Assembly: GCA_032718475.1 (NCBI GenBank)
Contig: JAUCBJ010000482.1
Location: 1 to 49,300, forward strand
Length of the DNA stretch: 49,300 nucleotides
Direction: 5' to 3'
Source of the DNA: Nemertoderma westbladi
Taxonomy: Eukaryota; Animalia; Xenacoelomorpha
This document shows, piece by piece, positions 43,090 through 49,300 of this stretch (positions are counted from its first letter, which is position 1; every line of letters begins with the position of its first letter). A program made the position numbers and the translations under genes. The notes beneath the pieces were generated by a model. It saw only the letters and a list, made by a program, of their open reading frames with translations. It made no database searches and had not been told where the DNA came from.

Positions 43090-46024
43090 TAGGAACTTTC
43101 AGTCCCAATGGGGCTGGCCATGACAGCTGAATTGGGGCTGGACAAAGCCGCAGAAAATGGTCGGTTTGCTTAGCAATCCAGCCCCATCTCCCTTTGGATG
43201 GGCTGGACTGTCTCAAGCGATAACTACAAAATATATCCTTAAAATATATCCAGCCCCATTTTATCCTTTGGCTGGAATCCATTTAGAGTGTGAAATTGAT
43301 TCTTCATCTACTCTAGACATGACCTGAGTGGGAGTAGTGATAGACTGATGATAGTTATACTACTGTACTATAGGAGGATATGTAGATAATCCAATTCCGC
43401 CTATATCTTACTACACACTACGGTTGGTAAAATTAATAGAACTCGCTTGTTGGCTCCTGTACTGCTGTAATAATCAATAATAAAGATAGCATGTTGCTGA
43501 ATTCATACATGGTACTTGGCTGCTTGCTGTAAGTACATACTCAACATTCACTAACTGCACTAAACAGTATACAGTTCGACAGTTCGCAAATTGCTAATTG
43601 GGGCTGTGGGGTGTCGTTTCAGCCATCTCATATAGGGTTAATGTAAAATGAATATTGAAAAATTAGTGCCCGAAACGCTAAAAGTAAATATTTTACTGTT
43701 TAGTTTATGGTTCGAAAAGCCTGCCATTATACTGTAGCCTGTTAATTTCATTTAAAGGGCCCATGTGAATGTGAAGAATGCCGACTATCTGCCGTTATAT
43801 TTCACTTTGCAATTACCACCATGTGAAGAATACCAGGTTTTCACCCAAAACACAGGTTACAGAAGGGCTGAAGGGGGGGGGGGGGGGGGGGGGGGGAATA
43901 ACAGCACGGTACCAGTATAATGGGCTCCGAGCTTAGTTTATTGCTACAATGTTGGCAAATACAAAGTTACACGTTCGTGGGGCCTTCGCGCAGCACGAGG
44001 CCCAGTTATTAGATACAAATTAAAATTGAGCGACTGTATCACAAAATCAGGTTTTGAGAAATTTACCCACACCACCAATCAATCAAAGAAAGGGGGACAG
44101 TACGTGTTAACCCCTTTTAATCTCCCCCCCCCCCCCCCCCACCCTTCCCAACCACCAATACATAACCGCGACATCTACCACCCACGGAAGGGTAGCACGA
44201 ACTTATTTCCAATCGCACGTTAAATATGCAAAGCCAGGTGGTTTATAGGAATATAATAAACGCAGTACTCGTTTTCATTATAAGCCTCTTTGCGTTCGTC
44301 CTGTTTTGTATTTAAATATATTGCTTAAACGCAGGCTAGGACGATCTTTATAATACTAATAACTAGGGATGCGATCAATATGTGAAGCCAGGTGGTTTAT
44401 ATAATAATTTAGTCAACGCAGTACTCGTCTTCATTATATGCCTCGTTGCGCTCGTCGCTTGTCCTGTTTTGTCATAAAATATTTTTCCTAAACGCAGACT
44501 GACGATCTTTATACAGTTATAACTATGCGAAGTTTCGAAACTGTGCGAGTAACTGTTGATACATCTATGTGGAGATGTGTGATATGTGGAGATATTGTGA
44601 TACAATGCCAACGCATCTAATGCCGATGTAGTAATATGGGTATTGAAATAATATTAAATCAATGTACACTCTTAAAGCTGCAGCGAAAAAATGTAGCTAA
44701 TTTCCTAGGTTACATTTAAAATAATAATATTATTTTTAAGAACATTAATTTTACTAATTTGCAAAAATTCAATTAAAAAATAACCAGACATATACATTGT
44801 GGAATAAACTATTTCAGAAGCCTACAACAGCCATGCCATGGATGGTATTTATGTTATTATATCTGTCATTTACCTGATATAGCAATACAACACTTATAGT
44901 AGAGTCAATGTTGGGATGTTGGATTTAAAGAATGCTGTCTGGGCTGGAATAGCAATACTGGTTGCCTATTACAATTCCTCTCTGGTTAGTCTACAGCCAC
45001 AACTCCCAGCTAGCTCCAAACCAGCAGAGACTTGACCAATAATCATTCCCAGCAAATGGCTGCCTTAACACACATCCTTCCATCTATGTACCAGCATGTT
45101 GGCCAATAAATGAGCAGTATTTAATGAGAATCAATTTTTTACCCCGTTTTAATTACTTTAGATCAATCAGTCAATTAAAGACACAATTATTAAAGCAAAT
45201 CACTTGAACTAATTAAAAACTATAATAGAATGGCGTATGTGGATTACATCTGTATAATTTTTAAGTATAATTATTTAAATCTTATACTGTAAAACAATTA
45301 ATTTCCTTTAAAAGGCAGGTTGAAAATGGTGTTTTTACCGTAATCAACTTAATTAACTAATTAACTGCTATTATCTTAGCTTCTCGAAGGCCACACGGAA
45401 ATTCTACTTGGAAAATTTCTAAACTTTTGCCAAACAACATGTGTACCATGTTTGGATAGATTTCATCAAAGATTGGCCGAGTTATTAACGTTTAAAATTG
45501 AACGCGACAGAACGACAGGTTGATTAATGGTACCACTACGCTAAGGCTCACTCACTTCGTGGCTCGCCCCATATGTGATGGGTATCTATATGGGTTGCCA
45601 TACTAGGCTGCCCAGTCCTTATCCTTAACATTACACATTGACAGCTTGAGGGATATTTATATTGCATAGATATAGCCCACTACAGGACAGCCCTGGGCAA
45701 TTAGTCTGTCAATCACAGCCAAAGGAGCCAAGGTTTTAATGCTTTGGTAAAAACTTGTTGTCCAGCCCATTAGGGGCTGGAATTTAATTAAAGTCGTAAT
45801 TAAAATAAAACAGTACATAAAAATTATTTTTTTTCGCATACAAACGATACTACCAACTGAGCTCTATCTACTCATGTAACTTTCATAACAGCATAATGCC
45901 GGCGTTTTGTATTTTTTATCGACATTTATAATAACATTTTGTATTGAATTTCAATGGGATGTTTGATTTTCGTCCAGCCTCATTGGGGCTGGACATCCAG
46001 CCCCAATGGGACTGAAAGTTCCTA
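43090..46024. mobile_element. Non-autonomous TIR element (TAGGAACTTTCAGTCCCA termini)
   Basis: TAGGAACTTTCAGTCCCAATGGGGCTGG at 43090 is mirrored by CCAGCCCCAATGGGACTGAAAGTTCCTA ending at 46024; GGGCTGG subterminal repeats; the terminal TA may be the TSD. Confidence 0.75.
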
Positions 46025-46029
46025 ACTGT

Positions 46030-49000
46030 CAGTCGGGCACTTTGTCAATATTGACATGTTGTCAATATTAACATGTTCCATGTCAAAATTGACATGATGT
46101 CAATATTGACATGTTTTGATCATAAATTTTTTAAATATTGTGATTTAAAAAGTAAAAAATGTTTTTTTGTAAAGAGAATATCTATTTTAATTAAAATATT
46201 GTTGAATCCAACCATTGTATATTGTTGTTTGTAATAATTTTAATGATATGTTTTATTGCATGTCAATATTGACATCTAATGTCAATATTGACATGAACGC
46301 TGGGTTCTTATCTTCATTTCACCCCCACCAAATCTATTTAGAGGCCTTCAAGTAGCATCACAAATACTGAAACGAACTGTCAAAACGCTTTAGCTAGAGG
46401 CATTCTTGCTGCATTATAAATACTGAAATGAGCTTTTGAAACTATTCAGGCCTTCGCGCAGCATGTTAAATACTGAAAAAGAGCTACTAAAACTGTTCAG
46501 AGTCCTTTGTGCAGCATGATAAATGCTGAAAAGTGCAGTTGAAATTGTTCAGAGGGTTTCATGTATCATGAGAAAAATGAAAAGAACTGATAAAACTGCG
46601 CAGGGCACAGGGGCCTTCGCACAGTTTGAAAAATACATAAAATATCTCTCAAAGCTGCTCAGAGGCCTTCGTGCAGCATGATAAATGCTGAAAAGGGCTG
46701 TTGAAACTGCTAAAAGACCTTCATGCAGCAGGAGAAATACTGAAAAGAGCTGATAAAACTGTTCAGAGTCCTTCGTGCATCACGATAAATGCTGAAAAGG
46801 GCTGTTATAACTGCTAAAAGGCCTTCATGCAGCATGAGAAATACTGAAAAGAGCTGATAAAACTGTTCAGAGTCCTTCATGCAGCATGATAAATGCTGAA
46901 AATAACATTTGAAGTCGTTCAGAGGGCTTTGTGCAATATGAGAATGCCGAAAATAGCTGTTGAAACTGTTCAGCTGCCTTCGTGCAGCATGATAAATGCT
47001 GAAAAGGGCTGTTGAAACTGCTAAAAGGCCTTCATGCAGCATGATAAATACTGAAAAGAGCTGATGCAACTGTTCAGAGTCCACAAGGCAGCATGATAAA
47101 TGCTGAAAATAGCTGTTGAAACTGTTCAGAGGCCTTCATGCAGCATGATAAATGCTGAAAATGGCTGTTGAAACGGCTAAAAGGCCTTCATGCAGCATGA
47201 GAAATACTGAAAAGAGCTGATAAAACTGTTCAGAGTCCTTCATGCAGCATGATAAATGCTGAAAATAACATTTGAAGTTGTTCAGAGGGCTTTGTGGAAT
47301 ATGAGAATGCCGAAAATAGCGATTGAAACTGTTCAGATGCCTTCGTGCAGCATGATAAATGCTGAAAAGGGCTGTTGGAACTGCTAAAAGGCATTCATGC
47401 AGCATGATAAATACTGAAATGAGCTGATAAAACTGTTCAGAGTCCTCAAGGCAGCATGATAAATGTTGAAAATAACATTTGAAGTTGTTCAGAGGACTTC
47501 ATGCAGTATGAGAATGCCGAAAATAGCTGTCGAATCCGAATCTGTTTAGAGGCCTTCGTGCAGCATGAGAAATACTGAAAAGAGCTCATAAAACTGTTCA
47601 GAATCCTTCATGCAGCATGATAAATGCTGAAAAGAACAGTTGAAATTGTTCCGACAGTCCGAGGGCTTCGTGCAACATGAGAAATGTTGAAAATAGCTGT
47701 TAGAACTGTTCAGAGACCTTCATGAGTTCATGCAGCATGAGAAAGGCTGAAAAGAGCTGTTGAAACTGTTAAAAGGAATTCGTAAAGCATGATAAATGCT
47801 GAAATGAGCTGTTTAAATTGTGCATGTGAAATGCTTTGAAACAGTAAAAGGTTTTGAAACTGAACTGTACTGAAGCCTTTGCGATCGTCGCAATTTTCCA
47901 ACTATGCAAACACGAATTGTGGAAACAATTCAGAGGCCTTCGTGCAGCATGGGAAATACTGAAAAGGACTGTTGAAACGGTTGATAAGGTATACCGATAG
48001 ATACTGAAACTAAATGCCAAATAATATAAATGATCAGACCACCCTAAAAACATACAGTAGCTGTTAACACTGTAACATGCCAAGCCAATCGCCAATACTG
48101 ATAAACAACAACACTCAGACACTGGGCAGCTGGGAGGTACGAGAGATGGTTGGGGGTAGGGAGAACTACTATTATTTATTTATTACTTCTTTAAAGGGGG
48201 GGGGAGGGCCGGAGGGGGGGGGGGGGACTGGACGCAATAAAAATTCATCCCTCTCCAGGCTGCCAGGGGAAATTGGACGCAAATAATAACAGATGATTAC
48301 TCTCAAAAATAAAACTGTAACCTGTTCTATTTTGTTAGTTAAATTTTTTGGTTAAAATAACGTCAAACGTGCCATTGTAACCTGCTCCTTTCCCTAAATT
48401 GAGAATTTAACAATGAGGTGGGATATCAATTCGCCAAGGCCAGAAGGCAGGTTTTGCGTCAAGTCCCCCCCCCCCCCCCCCCCTCCCTGTCTCAAGGCAG
48501 CAAGCAGGCAAGGAACCAGAGATGATAAATTTATTGTTACCAAATTATTAAAAGCTGTTACACAGTGGGTGTTACAGGTGTTAAGTGGATAAGACTGTTA
48601 AGTATAGCCTAAGATATATTATAAAAACATTAGGCCTAAGCGTAATCCAGCAATCTGTCAGTATGTACTGATGTATCTTTCAGTCTTTGTCAGGTATAAA
48701 TTATACCTAGTTATACTGTTATACAGTTATAGTATAGTCTATAGGGTGGTGTGGTGTGTGGCCTAACCCCACACTTAACTGTTCTCATCATTACATGTCA
48801 ATTTTGACATGTATGTCAATTTTAACTTGAGAAAAACTTTAAGTATTTATATTAACTAAACGGCACGGTGAAAAAAATTTCTGCACGGTCAAAAGTTTCT
48901 AATATACTTATAATTTCGATTTTTATATTTAAAAAACACGTCTGGAAATATTTGAACACGTCAGGTAAAAAAATGTCAATATTGACATGTCCATGTCAAT

Positions 49001-49107
49001 TTTGACATGTCCATGTCAATTTTGACATGCCCCACTGCCCCATCCTGGAGAAACTGGCTCTACATGTCAATATTGACACATGTCAATATTGACAAAGTGC
49101 CCGACTG
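46030..49107. mobile_element. CAGTCGG-ended non-autonomous element with ACTGT 5-bp TSD, containing a satellite
   Basis: TIR CAGTCGGGCACTTTGTCAATATTGACA; palindromic ATGTCAATATTGACAT subterminal repeats; ACTGT at 46025-46029 and 49108-49112. Confidence 0.9.
46340..47990. repeat. Satellite array, 52-bp unit
   Basis: GCTGTTGAAACTGTTCAGAGGCCTTCGTGCAGCATGATAAATGCTGAAAAGG variants; period 52 (46697 to 46749). Confidence 0.95.
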
Positions 49108-49300
49108 ACTGTACAGTGTTTAGCCTACGGCCATACCGTAATACAGTCGGCAGTACAGTCTGCCAGTAGACAGTAGACGTTGATCAGTTCGCAGACGGAC
49201 GTCCGGTGTCTGGCTGTATGTTTGCCTTGCCTATCCATGTAGCTATGCATCGTGCAGCACAAATACTTTTTGCCGGAGCTCCTGCACCTAATTTGACCGG

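Noticed and set aside
42950-44515. Short local duplications (~58 bp at 42951-43079; ~155 bp at 44230-44515) and long G/C homopolymers
   Set aside because: Ordinary slippage products with no further structure.

Overview
Eukaryotic (probably invertebrate animal), repeat-dense genomic DNA. The centrepiece is a young 16.8-kb BEL/Pao LTR retrotransposon (14439-31235) with ~1.9-kb near-identical LTRs and an AACAG target-site duplication. It has several unusual traits: (i) an extra 1241-aa ORF in the env position encoding a DEDDy/WRN-EXD2-like 3'-5' exonuclease domain plus three CCHC knuckles; (ii) no tRNA-type PBS, but the 11 nt after the 5' LTR are exactly complementary to a site inside its own LTR, suggesting Tf1-like self-priming; (iii) a tRNA-like Pol III unit in each LTR; (iv) 13 dispersed copies of a 17-20-nt hairpin; (v) no recognisable Gag core or protease. 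A second, highly diverged and degenerate gene with the same exonuclease+3xCCHC architecture lies at 1-1755 on the minus strand. The rest comprises CR1/L2- and RTE-type LINE remnants, an intronless 18-finger C2H2 gene, nested non-autonomous DNA transposons (including several CAGTCGG-ended elements with 5-bp TSDs), two related satellites and two kb-scale tandem duplications. All calls were made by eye; no searches were run.
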